Source of the DNA: Rickettsiales bacterium
Lineage (GTDB): Bacteria; Pseudomonadota; Alphaproteobacteria; Rickettsiales; G965195355
Length of the DNA: 64,000 bases
Reading direction: 5' to 3'
Assembly: GCA_965195355.1 (NCBI GenBank)
Contig: OZ239627.1
Span: 73,185-137,184, forward strand
Shown here: positions 36,061 through 45,517 of the stretch, piece by piece
How positions within the stretch are numbered: position 1 is the stretch's first letter
How the letters are laid out: each line of letters opens with the position of its first letter
Notes under the pieces: model-generated
Databases searched by the model: none
The model's input: only the letters and a program-made list of their open reading frames with translations
Told to the model about the DNA's origin: nothing
Made by a program: the position numbers and the translations under genes

Positions 36061-36990
36061 TTAACTTAAACAACATGACATGCCGCCACAACATATAGCA
36101 GCATTCGTAGCATTCGAACTACATATGCTAGTGCAACAACAATATCCAATACATGCTTTATCACCCGTTCTTGCAGTCGCTACAATACTTGCGATAATTA
36201 CAGCAACAGCTGCAAATATTCCAATAGCACAAATTGCAATATTGCACTTCACAGCAGATTCATCAATAACACCAGGAGCACCATGGATGATAGATCTGCT
36301 CAATTCTCCAATTGGACGCAGCATAAAACTCATAAAGCTATGACCACGTGCTTTCATTATTGCAGATGTCATGGAAAGTACACAAAAAACAGTGGCACCA
36401 ACAGCAAACATCATCATAGTAGCATTAATTGCTCCAACACATATTGACGAGTTCAATTTTTTTTCACCTTTCTCTTTAGTACCAGAAATCTTATGCATCA
36501 AGGCAATTTGTAAAATTGCAAACAGCGATATACCAATAATAATACCAGCAACTGCCATTGTGAAACCAAAATGATTAGAACCACCAGATTCAATGTGTTT
36601 ACCAACACCCACCTCTTTCAATATTCCATCAGTAGAAGAGTGCAAATCTTGCAAAGCAAGATAATGATGACGAACGATCACAGGTGCATGGTATATTGGG
36701 CGACGATATATCGGATGATATCCACCAAGATGAACATGACCAAACGCACCACATCCATACGCAATCCCACATCCAGCACCAGAAATCACTATCAATCCGA
36801 TTAATATCGCAAGCGCAATTGCACCCGAATTCACATCACTGGAGCTTGTGCTTCTGTATCTTCTTGATCTAGGACCAGTGTGAACAATATCTACTACTGT
36901 AGGTGCAAAAGGATCCAACACACTATCTGAGTAATAACCATCATCCACAATCAATTGATCACCATACTCCAATTCATCATACGAAAGCAT
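36061..36990 (-). CDS. Hypothetical polytopic membrane protein with a Cys-rich tail ending in a CaaX-like box (CCLS)
   Basis: 309 aa, about 4 TM segments. C-terminus reads CIGYCCCTSICSSNATNAAICCGGMSCCLS*. Confidence 0.6.
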   Translation of the reverse strand: MLSYDELEYGDQLIVDDGYYSDSVLDPFAPTVVDIVHTGPRSRRYRSTSSSDVNSGAIALAILIGLIVISGAGCGIAYGCGAFGHVHLGGYHPIYRRPIYHAPVIVRHHYLALQDLHSSTDGILKEVGVGKHIESGGSNHFGFTMAVAGIIIGISLFAILQIALMHKISGTKEKGEKKLNSSICVGAINATMMMFAVGATVFCVLSMTSAIMKARGHSFMSFMLRPIGELSRSIIHGAPGVIDESAVKCNIAICAIGIFAAVAVIIASIVATARTGDKACIGYCCCTSICSSNATNAAICCGGMSCCLS

Positions 36991-37042
36991 AAATCACCTT
37001 ATCACATCCATTCATAAGCATATTAATGCATATTCAACATAT

Positions 37043-37243
37043 TTAGAATCCAAATACACTATCAAATCTCGCAGATTCCGATACAGCATAGTCAGTATCA
37101 GAATTTATAGAGTTATCCATTCTCGAATATATATACTCCCCGTCTGCATCCGGACTCGTAGGTCGCAGATCTGTAGGAGAACCTGGAGCACTGCCACCAA
37201 GGTTATGCAAAACGCATTCGTATTTAAATTCACCATTATTCAT
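37043..37243 (-). CDS. Hypothetical small acidic protein
   Basis: 66-aa ORF heading the three-gene minus-strand cluster. No recognisable motif. Confidence 0.3.
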   Translation of the reverse strand: MNNGEFKYECVLHNLGGSAPGSPTDLRPTSPDADGEYIYSRMDNSINSDTDYAVSESARFDSVFGF

Positions 37244-37569
37244 TGAATACCAACTTAAATCATGTTCTATGTATAATTTTATTATTGTAGTCTGTCAACT
37301 ATTTTATTAAAAAGATCTTTTATATAGATGATATATGCTCAATTTTGCATATTAAATTGCATTGCAATAATCCAATATTATGTATAATAGAGGGATACTG
37401 GTTTGTTAGTTAGGTTTTTTACGTCCTCCGAGGTATAATTTTTTTCCTTAGGGAGCGGTTCCTGCCCAAGATAACTTGAGAAAACTGGGTATACTGCACC
37501 CACCTTGTTAGCGAAACTTGGTGGAATATTCTTCCGACTTCAAAACGGTATCTATTTAATTCTTTATTT

Positions 37570-38199
37570 ATGGAATATAAAATATCAGATTCACCTGTAG
37601 AATACAGAGAGGCTATAAGTTTCATGGAAGATAGAGTGATGAAAATATCCAATGGTGATACTGATGAAATGATCTGGCTCCTGGAACATCCATCGATTTA
37701 TACCGCTGGCCTTGGTTCAAGTGATTCTGAGATCTTAGACAAAAACAAGTTCCCAATATATAAAACAGGTAGAGGAGGAAAATTAACATATCATGGACCC
37801 GGTCAAAAGATAGTATATATAATGCTTAATCTCAAAGCGCGACAAGGAAAAATAGATCTAAGGAAATACATTTCAGTTTTAGGAGAATGGATTGTAACCA
37901 TCATTTCTGAACTTGGCATTAAAAGTTATTTTAATAAAGATAGAATTGGTGTATGGATAAAAAATCCTACTCAAGAAAACAAGATAGCTGCAATAGGAAT
38001 AAGAGTGCGAAAATGGATCACATATCATGGAATTGCACTTAATGTTAATGTGAATCTTAATGATTTCTCTGGAATAATACCTTGTGGAATCAACAATTAT
38101 GGAATCACTTCTATACACAAATATGTACCAAGCATAGAAATGAAAGTAATTGACGATCTTATATTCAAGACCCTAGATAAAGCCTTTTGCGAGTTCTGA
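37570..38199 (+). CDS. lipB: Octanoyltransferase LipB
   Basis: LLEHPSIYTAG, GRGGKLTYHGPGQ, KIAAIGIRVRKWITYHG and IIPCG motifs. Confidence 0.9.
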   Translation: MEYKISDSPVEYREAISFMEDRVMKISNGDTDEMIWLLEHPSIYTAGLGSSDSEILDKNKFPIYKTGRGGKLTYHGPGQKIVYIMLNLKARQGKIDLRKYISVLGEWIVTIISELGIKSYFNKDRIGVWIKNPTQENKIAAIGIRVRKWITYHGIALNVNVNLNDFSGIIPCGINNYGITSIHKYVPSIEMKVIDDLIFKTLDKAFCEF

Positions 38200-38211
38200 A
38201 ACTACGATTAA

Positions 38212-38240
38212 TTGACATTTCTGTATATATAATATACGAT
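38212..38240 (+). promoter_or_regulatory. Candidate sigma70 promoter TTGACA-17-TACGAT
   Basis: -35 at 38212-38217 and -10 at 38235-38240. The ATG at 38271 follows. Confidence 0.3.
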
Positions 38241-38270
38241 CGTAGATGAACTTATAAGAAATTTAGATCA

Positions 38271-41200
38271 ATGCAAGAGTCACGTGTCAGTAACTTAATT
38301 CAGATAACACAAGCGCAAGAAGATGGCACTAAAAAGATATTGGCAGATACAACTCCAATATTAGCATTAATAAATAGAATTATTGGAATTCCATTTTCTA
38401 GCGCTACACCACCTCCAGAAGTAGAATTTGCTGATATAGATAATTTTGTTGAAGAGCGCTTCATAAGAAATATTGCTGTGTCACGACAAGCATTCATAGA
38501 CACAATAAGAAGAATTAAACCAGATCACATATTTAGAATTCAAAAATTGCTGAATGACAAGAAACCTCATCTAGATCATTTATTCAATATCACTAAACAA
38601 CGCAACAATAAAGAGATCGATAGCACATTTCTACTGAGGTTATGCACAGAGAATCCAAATTCAATTCTCTTAAAGCTAGAAGAATTAATCCAAGACACTT
38701 CTATAAAGACAAAATATAGAAAAATTTTAAAAGACTTAAAAGATTCAGTGAAAAACTTCACTTCCGCATATATAAATCTAGAAGAACATAGCGTTAGTGA
38801 TGAACGTCTTATACAAAATGCATCAAGAGAAATCTTGAAATTAGAAGATTCGGGTTTTGCAACAATTGGAAATGCACAATTTGTAGAAGATATCAAATCC
38901 CTTAAAAGGGAATTAACACAATTACAATGTGCAATTATTACAGGAACAGAAGAAGACATATCAGGAACATTGAGTTGTATACAACACAAAAGAGTTAAAT
39001 TAGAGAGAGAGACTTTAAAGATCTCGCGAAGTGATTCTTTACAAATACACGTACTGGATTCTGCTATTAATAAATTGGAAAAATTACAATGCATTCACAA
39101 GAATCATTTAAAAATCAAAGCTCAAATAGATGAATTGCTCTTCGAATTAAGAAAACTTAAGCACGAAATATCTAATATAAAAGATCCAAAACAATTAATA
39201 GCATTAAGGAATGTTGTTTCAGATCTTATCTTAGATCCTGTGTTAGAAAATGGTGATAAACTCAGTCTTGAAAGTACAGAGTATCAATCTAAGACATGCT
39301 CAGTCTCGAATGAACGTCTCATTGAAAACAACCTAATATACACTACAAACATTCTTAGATCTTTATCTTCCAAAGAAAAAAAATTTTTTGATCATAGTAA
39401 GGAAAAATTCTGCAATAGAAAGAAGAATGTTATTCGAATTCTCCTAAATGAGAAAACAGGAGCACTAGAACTTGGGATTGATACTAGTACTAAAGAGAGA
39501 AAAACTGATCTTGTGAACGCATTAACAATGTGTAGGAATATAGAGACAGAGCGTGATTCACATTATTATTCCTTTGATTATTTTAGAAAAATATTAGAAA
39601 TAGCTAGAAATCCACGGGATGGAGCTACTTTGAATTCTAGAGTGTGCAATTTCATCAAGACTCAATTCTATAAGATAGAAGAATATCATGCACCAAATAC
39701 AAGAGAAATAGAAAATTTCACTATCCCAGAACAACTTAGAACAATAGAGGGATTTGTTACTCCTGATACTGAAGTACTGAGAGAAATTGTCAGAAATCTA
39801 GAAGAAAGAATAAAAGAAAGAATTGAGAACATTAGGAAATTTATTGAAAATGATCATGAATCACCCATAAAACTAAAAGATCTTATTGATATAGGAAAAG
39901 ATCTTGTTTTTATAAAACAGGCACATAATTTCATTCATGAAATAACAAGAATTGGTGGAATTTATGATGAGATTTCCGAAAGATCAAAGGAGTATGCGAG
40001 AAGATGCGAAGAAATAGAAAAATTAAAAGCTAGGATATCAGCTCTCAAAAGAAGCGAAAGATGGTTCAATGGAGAGAAAAGAAGAGAATTAGATGCAGAA
40101 ATAAGAGCACTAGAAGAGAGAAATGAGAAACTTAAATCAGATCTGAAAGAGATAAAAGGAGAATATGATATAGAGAATGGTGTGTGTGATACTTTTCGTA
40201 GACACATATCTATGTTAACTCACGTTGAAGCTGCAATCACTGGTATTGCATCGCGCACACAAGATACAGAACTCAATTCCGAAACACTGAGTGATCTAGA
40301 ATCATTGATATTTAGTAGCATTAAGAATCTATTTCTTGGTGCTACTAGATCTATTGGTACAATGCATACAAAAAAACACAAAACACCGAAATCATCAAGT
40401 ACACAACATGGATCTTTTTCAATGAATCGCATAGTTAGGAAGATCACAAAAATACATGCAAGCGCTACAAGAAGTGTATTAATTCCAGGACAAGATGAAG
40501 CAAAATCATTAGTGAAGCGCGATTTTACACAATATTTCCTTGATTCAGTCATCCAAATGCCACAGTGTGATGCTAGAAAACAAATTGAGCAAGGAATTGT
40601 CACAATACATCAAACATCAAAACACATAGGAGCTAATGTCGCTGGAAAACTTGCAAAATTTGCAACTAATTCCACTACTTTGGGAGTAGATAAAATTCTA
40701 GATCCGATTTTATCATTATTAGATCAATTAGAATCAGAAGGAGAAATAGATGGAATAGAATTGATCTTCTCAAGTCATGAATCTATACAAGAGCATATAA
40801 AGAAATTTTTTGACTCCAAAGGACACATAGATCCAAACAAGATGACATTTGATGATGCAACAGAGTTTGCACTAAATAGTAAAATTGGATTACTAGGAAT
40901 CGAAGGAATATCTATATACACAAGAAAGGAAAATGAACCACGAACTACACATAGAATTCTCGATTTCAAAAAAATATCGCAAATGAGATCCACGAAACCC
41001 AGCAGATCTGGATTAAAGAATGCTCTTAAAACTGGAGAACTAAGTGAATTTATACATCTCAATCCTATTGTTGATTTTGTACATAAAACGCTCGTAATAA
41101 AAATACTTGAAGAGTTAAAATTAATAAAAGAGCATCAAAATTCTCTAGATCAAGGGTTTATTGCAAGACAACTTTTGAAAAAAGATCCTAAACATTATGG

Positions 41201-41507
41201 TTTTGTAAAGCATGATTATGACTTGGAGAAGGTGTATCCAGATATTTATGGTCTTGCAAGAATTTTGAACATGGTAGATCAAGCGGCTCACACAATACCA
41301 GAAGTTGCATCTGTTATCTCCACTATAGTGGGAGATACAACGCAATACACTGAAGGACGCAAAAAATACCAAGATCTTAGAATAGCAGAAACACAACCGA
41401 CTGAATCAAAAAACTCATCAAGATGCAAACCTGGAACTATAATATGTGGAGCTCTTGTGGTAACGACTTTCACGATTATGGGTGCAGTAATAGGAAAATA
41501 TGCATAA
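38271..41507 (+). CDS. Large (1078 aa) hypothetical coiled-coil protein with a C-terminal tail-anchor TM
   Basis: Long Lys/Glu/Leu/Ile-rich helical stretches, e.g. RCEEIEKLKARISALKRSERWFNGEKRRELDAEIRALEERNEKLKSDLKEIKGEY. Ends ...GTIICGALVVTTFTIMGAVIGKYA*. Confidence 0.65.
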   Translation: MQESRVSNLIQITQAQEDGTKKILADTTPILALINRIIGIPFSSATPPPEVEFADIDNFVEERFIRNIAVSRQAFIDTIRRIKPDHIFRIQKLLNDKKPHLDHLFNITKQRNNKEIDSTFLLRLCTENPNSILLKLEELIQDTSIKTKYRKILKDLKDSVKNFTSAYINLEEHSVSDERLIQNASREILKLEDSGFATIGNAQFVEDIKSLKRELTQLQCAIITGTEEDISGTLSCIQHKRVKLERETLKISRSDSLQIHVLDSAINKLEKLQCIHKNHLKIKAQIDELLFELRKLKHEISNIKDPKQLIALRNVVSDLILDPVLENGDKLSLESTEYQSKTCSVSNERLIENNLIYTTNILRSLSSKEKKFFDHSKEKFCNRKKNVIRILLNEKTGALELGIDTSTKERKTDLVNALTMCRNIETERDSHYYSFDYFRKILEIARNPRDGATLNSRVCNFIKTQFYKIEEYHAPNTREIENFTIPEQLRTIEGFVTPDTEVLREIVRNLEERIKERIENIRKFIENDHESPIKLKDLIDIGKDLVFIKQAHNFIHEITRIGGIYDEISERSKEYARRCEEIEKLKARISALKRSERWFNGEKRRELDAEIRALEERNEKLKSDLKEIKGEYDIENGVCDTFRRHISMLTHVEAAITGIASRTQDTELNSETLSDLESLIFSSIKNLFLGATRSIGTMHTKKHKTPKSSSTQHGSFSMNRIVRKITKIHASATRSVLIPGQDEAKSLVKRDFTQYFLDSVIQMPQCDARKQIEQGIVTIHQTSKHIGANVAGKLAKFATNSTTLGVDKILDPILSLLDQLESEGEIDGIELIFSSHESIQEHIKKFFDSKGHIDPNKMTFDDATEFALNSKIGLLGIEGISIYTRKENEPRTTHRILDFKKISQMRSTKPSRSGLKNALKTGELSEFIHLNPIVDFVHKTLVIKILEELKLIKEHQNSLDQGFIARQLLKKDPKHYGFVKHDYDLEKVYPDIYGLARILNMVDQAAHTIPEVASVISTIVGDTTQYTEGRKKYQDLRIAETQPTESKNSSRCKPGTIICGALVVTTFTIMGAVIGKYA

Positions 41508-41540
41508 TTCAATATCCTTCTGATAATTCAAAGACAAATA

Positions 41541-42152
41541 TCAAACGCTGTTTATTTGATGTATAGCTTTACCCATAACAGATACACTTTCAATCGAATC
41601 TTTTATGCTACTGTAGCGCGCATTTTCTGGAATAATTCTTATTTCATTTTCTAAATGTAATATCTCTATTCTACCAAATATCATTCTACCTCTATATTTA
41701 AACAAAAATATTCCATTTTCATTTGGATAACTATCTGATTCAATCAGTATAACTGAATCAGAACGCTTAAATAATGGGAACATATAATCATCTGATATTT
41801 TATATACGAATAGCTGTTTTGAATGATCATAACTGTAGTTTATCACATTATAAAACAACTGAGGATTTGAAAATGTTCCATCATCCTTCACCCTCGATAT
41901 CATAATGTATGAATTTCTCGCATCATCATATTCAATCCCATCTTCAACCAAACATGATATCGGTATATTAAGTATCTGAGAAATTGCTACCATTCTTCCA
42001 AATGTAGGGTTCGAGGATTTTCCATTGAGAATATCATACACAAATGATCTACCCACTTTAGCGCGATGTGCAAGTTGCTTTGCGTTTATACCCATTGCAC
42101 CCATATATATTCTTATCTTATCCGCTATTGTTTTACTTAATACATCCGACAT
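41541..42152 (-). CDS. XRE-family HTH regulator with a C-terminal S24 (LexA/CI-like) domain lacking the Ser/Lys dyad
   Basis: HTH is INAKQLAHRAKVGRSFVYDILNGKS. The S24-like core ISDDYMFPLFKRSDSVILIE...MIFGRIE aligns by eye to GDSM.P...GD.v.v...vKRl, with Ser changed to Tyr and Lys to Gly. Confidence 0.6.
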   Translation of the reverse strand: MSDVLSKTIADKIRIYMGAMGINAKQLAHRAKVGRSFVYDILNGKSSNPTFGRMVAISQILNIPISCLVEDGIEYDDARNSYIMISRVKDDGTFSNPQLFYNVINYSYDHSKQLFVYKISDDYMFPLFKRSDSVILIESDSYPNENGIFLFKYRGRMIFGRIEILHLENEIRIIPENARYSSIKDSIESVSVMGKAIHQINSV

Positions 42153-42277
42153 CTCTTATGAAATAAAATATACCTCATGGTATATAACCTTCGGAACTAA
42201 CACAACCTATTGGTGTGCTATCCTAAAACAACTCGCTGTATCATTCAAACAATGCATAGCATATAACCAATAACACG

Positions 42278-42352
42278 GGCGGATGACCAGAATCGAACTG
42301 GCGACCTCCAGTTCCACAAACTGGCGCTCTAACCAACTGAGCTACAACCGCC
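42278..42352 (-). tRNA. tRNA-His (anticodon GUG), with encoded G-1; no encoded CCA
   Basis: Minus strand reads G-GCGGUUG-UA-GCUC-AGUUGGUU-AGAGC-G-CCAGU-UUGUGGA-ACUGG-AGGUC-GCCAG-UUCGAUU-CUGGU-CAUCCGC-C. This is a cloverleaf with one U-U mismatch in the acceptor stem. Confidence 0.9.
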
Positions 42353-42721
42353 ATTGGCATTGCATGGTAACCATTTATTCTTTTTCTTGCAAGCGCTCTC
42401 TATATATGAAGTAAATTTATTATTGTAATATATCTTTGATTCATATTTTCTACATATCAAACCTGCATCTTCATTGTATGTGATAGAATGTGGCATTACA
42501 TAACCATGGCCACCAGTATCAATATTTGACCAATATATCTTCGCACCATCATTTCCATATTCTAGTGCATTATATATCGTCTTAGCATGTTTTTTCGTAT
42601 CTCTATCATCTATCTTTGTAACATTTGATCTTCTCGATACATTTGAATTCCTTCCAACTCCTTCATAATCACCAGAACAACAAGCTAAAAATAATGCACA
42701 TATTAATGTAATATACTTCAT
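42329..42721 (-). CDS. Lipoprotein, 17-kDa surface-antigen-like family
   Basis: Lipobox-type signal peptide MKYITLICALFLACCSG. Core IYWSNIDTGGHGYVMPHSITYNEDAGLICRKYESKI...ACKKKNKW resembles the surface-antigen domain. The last 8 codons overlap tRNA-His. Confidence 0.5.
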   Translation of the reverse strand: MKYITLICALFLACCSGDYEGVGRNSNVSRRSNVTKIDDRDTKKHAKTIYNALEYGNDGAKIYWSNIDTGGHGYVMPHSITYNEDAGLICRKYESKIYYNNKFTSYIESACKKKNKWLPCNANGGCSSVG

Positions 42722-42780
42722 AATAAACTCAACAAATAAACTGTACAGATTCTACATATTGTTTATTAATAAATCTTTAT

Positions 42781-43233
42781 ATGAAAATCATCACATTTAT
42801 ATCTATATGCTATGTATTATTGGAATTCGATCACTATACATACGCAAACAATATAAAAAGATTTTTATACACAAAATCTAATAAAGTTAATCTTAGATAC
42901 GGACCTGAAATCAACAGAAAAATAAAACTTGTATATACACAAAGAAATATACCACTAATAATAGTGGATGAGCAGCATGGTTGGATCAAAATCCAAGATT
43001 ATAAAAAAAATACTGGCTGGATAGATAGCCATCTATTAAAGAATGGAAAATATGCAATTGTAACAAATGTAAAAAAACACCACGCAATAAAAAATGGATC
43101 AAAAACTTTATTCTATATAGATCCAGGAATTATAGTGAAAGTACAGCGCTGTAAAACTGATTCATGTAAAATATCAATACACAAAAAATCCGGTTTTATC
43201 AAAAAATATAACCTATTTGGAGATGTAAATTAA
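42781..43233 (+). CDS. Secreted bacterial SH3-like domain protein
   Basis: Signal peptide, then VNLRYGPEINRKIKLVYTQRNIPLIIVDEQHGWIKIQDYKKNTGWIDSHLL and a second similar half (tandem SH3b pattern). Confidence 0.5.
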   Translation: MKIITFISICYVLLEFDHYTYANNIKRFLYTKSNKVNLRYGPEINRKIKLVYTQRNIPLIIVDEQHGWIKIQDYKKNTGWIDSHLLKNGKYAIVTNVKKHHAIKNGSKTLFYIDPGIIVKVQRCKTDSCKISIHKKSGFIKKYNLFGDVN

Positions 43234-43235
43234 CA

Positions 43236-44063
43236 TCAAGAAATTACATCCATCATTTCAACAAATTCTCTTTTCGAGAGATCACTATCTTCTTGCTGTA
43301 TATTCATTCCAGAAATCATTTTTCTTATCACATCAAGTTGCTTACTAGAAAAATTCACAGATTCTTCCTTATACATCTTGAATGCATTATAAGTTTCAGG
43401 TACCCATTTTTTTATCAAATTCAATATCACAGTTGCATACTCTCTAATTTCATACTGAGCATGAGAATCTGCACGCAGTAATACAAAATGTAATAGATTA
43501 TGCAAATCAATTTTCCAATACCATTCAGTATAAACGTTCACAGGTAATATCATTCGTGCTATCTCTCTCGAAACACCATCTTCAAGCATCTCTTCATATA
43601 TTTTATAGCACTCAGAGCTTTTTTCACGAAATATATTTATAATTTCCTCTTTTTTTTTGTCACTCACACAACCAGATCTACCCTGTTTGTTTGTTTCAGA
43701 TTGCAATTCAATATCCTTCGGGATATAAAATTTGTCCTTCAGAATCGAATACCGCGCAGAATACTCATTTACATTTGCAGTTCTATGACGCAACCATTGC
43801 CTAGCAACAAACATCGGAGCTCTTATATGAAATTTAATTTCACACATCTCAAATGGAGTCGTATGACTATGTCTCATCAAATATCTAATCAATCCTGCGT
43901 CGCTCCTCTTTGTTGTTGTTCCATCCCCATAAGACACTCTTGCAGACTGCACTATTGCATTATCATTTCCCATATAATCAACAACTCTGACAAAACCATG
44001 ATCCAATACTAAAATCTCTTCTCCTATACAATTTTCTAACTCTTTAGAACAAGCTCTAATCAC
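43236..44063 (-). CDS. thyX: FAD-dependent thymidylate synthase ThyX
   Basis: ThyX signature RHRTANVNEYSARYS. 275 aa. Confidence 0.9.
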   Translation of the reverse strand: MIRACSKELENCIGEEILVLDHGFVRVVDYMGNDNAIVQSARVSYGDGTTTKRSDAGLIRYLMRHSHTTPFEMCEIKFHIRAPMFVARQWLRHRTANVNEYSARYSILKDKFYIPKDIELQSETNKQGRSGCVSDKKKEEIINIFREKSSECYKIYEEMLEDGVSREIARMILPVNVYTEWYWKIDLHNLLHFVLLRADSHAQYEIREYATVILNLIKKWVPETYNAFKMYKEESVNFSSKQLDVIRKMISGMNIQQEDSDLSKREFVEMMDVIS

Positions 44064-44070
44064 TTAAAAC

Positions 44071-45450
44071 CTATGAATGTATAGATTTATCATATGCCGC
44101 CATAGCTGCTTCCTTAATCGCTTCTCCAAAATCAGGATGAGGATGACATATACGAGCCAAATCTTCTGCAGATGCTTTATATTCCATTGCAACAACCGCC
44201 TCCGGTATCATAGCTCCAGCAGCAGAACCAATTATATGAACACCAAGTATTTTAGTATCACACTTTCCGGTTATCACTTTCACAAATCCATCAGTTTCAC
44301 CAACTGCAATGGATCTACTATTGGCTCCCATACTAAATTTTCCAACTTGATATTCTACTCCACTATCTTTCAATTCTTGCTCCGTTTTTCCAACAGAAGC
44401 AATCTCCGGATGAGTATATACTACTGAAGGTATCAAATTATAATCTATATGCGGCTTTTGACCTGCAAACATCTCTGCAACGTAAACACCTTCTTCTTCC
44501 GCTTTATGAGCTAACATAGGACCATGAACAACATCACCTATCGCATATATACCAGGAATTTTTGTCTCAAAATTATCATTTATAATTACTTGACCTTTCT
44601 CATTTACAATTTTATCACCCAACGAATCAATTCCCAACCCATCTGTACATGGCTTCCTTCCAGTAGATATCAGAACTTTATCATACTCAAGAGAGCTATC
44701 GATATCAGATTTTATATTATGAAATTTAATTACTCCATCTGATGCATTCACAACTTTGCACCCAAGTTCAAATTTCATGCCTTGTTTCTTCAAAAGTTTT
44801 AGCATTTCTTTACTAACATCCTTATCCATAGTAGATAAAATGGAATCACAGTATTCAATCACTGTTACATCAGATCCTAATCTGTTCCACATGGAACCAA
44901 TCTCAAGACCTATAACTCCAGCACCAACTATTGCAAATTTTTTTGGTACTTCTGAAAAACTAAGTGCCTCATCTGAAGAAACTATATCGTTACCATTAAA
45001 ATCAATATCAGGAACAGAAGAAGGTACAGAACCAGTTGCTATAACTATCCTATTACATTCAAGCACTTCATCATTCACTCTAACTTTGTCTCTTGACTCT
45101 ATTATTCCTATTCCACTTATTATATCTATTTTGTTTTTCTTCATCAATGAATCAATACCAGAACCGAGTTTATTAATGACATCATTTTTCTTCTCCATCA
45201 TCTTCTTAAAGAAATCATTGAAATTACAATCAAACCCCATTTCTTTTGCAGTTTCGTATTTATAAGTTCCATCAAGTAAATTTTTCGAAGGTATACACCC
45301 AACATTAAGACAAGTTCCACCTAGAATACACTTATTAGTGAAAGTTCTTTTTTCGATAATCGCAACTTTCATACCCAGATGAGCGCACTTGATTGCACAA
45401 ACATAACCACCTGGTCCACCACCAATAACTATAACATCATACATAAACAT
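44071..45450 (-). CDS. lpdA: Dihydrolipoyl dehydrogenase (E3)
   Basis: VIVIGGGPGGY, redox-active GGTCLNVGCIPSK, second Rossmann motif IVGAGVIGLE, and interface CHPHPDFGEAIKEA. Confidence 0.95.
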   Translation of the reverse strand: MFMYDVIVIGGGPGGYVCAIKCAHLGMKVAIIEKRTFTNKCILGGTCLNVGCIPSKNLLDGTYKYETAKEMGFDCNFNDFFKKMMEKKNDVINKLGSGIDSLMKKNKIDIISGIGIIESRDKVRVNDEVLECNRIVIATGSVPSSVPDIDFNGNDIVSSDEALSFSEVPKKFAIVGAGVIGLEIGSMWNRLGSDVTVIEYCDSILSTMDKDVSKEMLKLLKKQGMKFELGCKVVNASDGVIKFHNIKSDIDSSLEYDKVLISTGRKPCTDGLGIDSLGDKIVNEKGQVIINDNFETKIPGIYAIGDVVHGPMLAHKAEEEGVYVAEMFAGQKPHIDYNLIPSVVYTHPEIASVGKTEQELKDSGVEYQVGKFSMGANSRSIAVGETDGFVKVITGKCDTKILGVHIIGSAAGAMIPEAVVAMEYKASAEDLARICHPHPDFGEAIKEAAMAAYDKSIHS

Positions 45451-45517
45451 ACACCCAAACCAGGATTACACTAATCCAATGAAACATCCTGGTAAAGATG
45501 CGAAACTTTTTACGGAA

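Noticed and set aside
37419-37652. Track ORF 37419..37652 (-), 77 aa
   Set aside because: It runs antisense across the lipB start and the GC-enriched leader, and has no motif. It is likely spurious.
41541-42721. Prophage or integrative element at tRNA-His
   Set aside because: Only a CI-like regulator lies next to the tRNA. There is no integrase, excisionase, att-like direct repeat of the tRNA 3' end, or phage structural gene in the window. At most it is a remnant.
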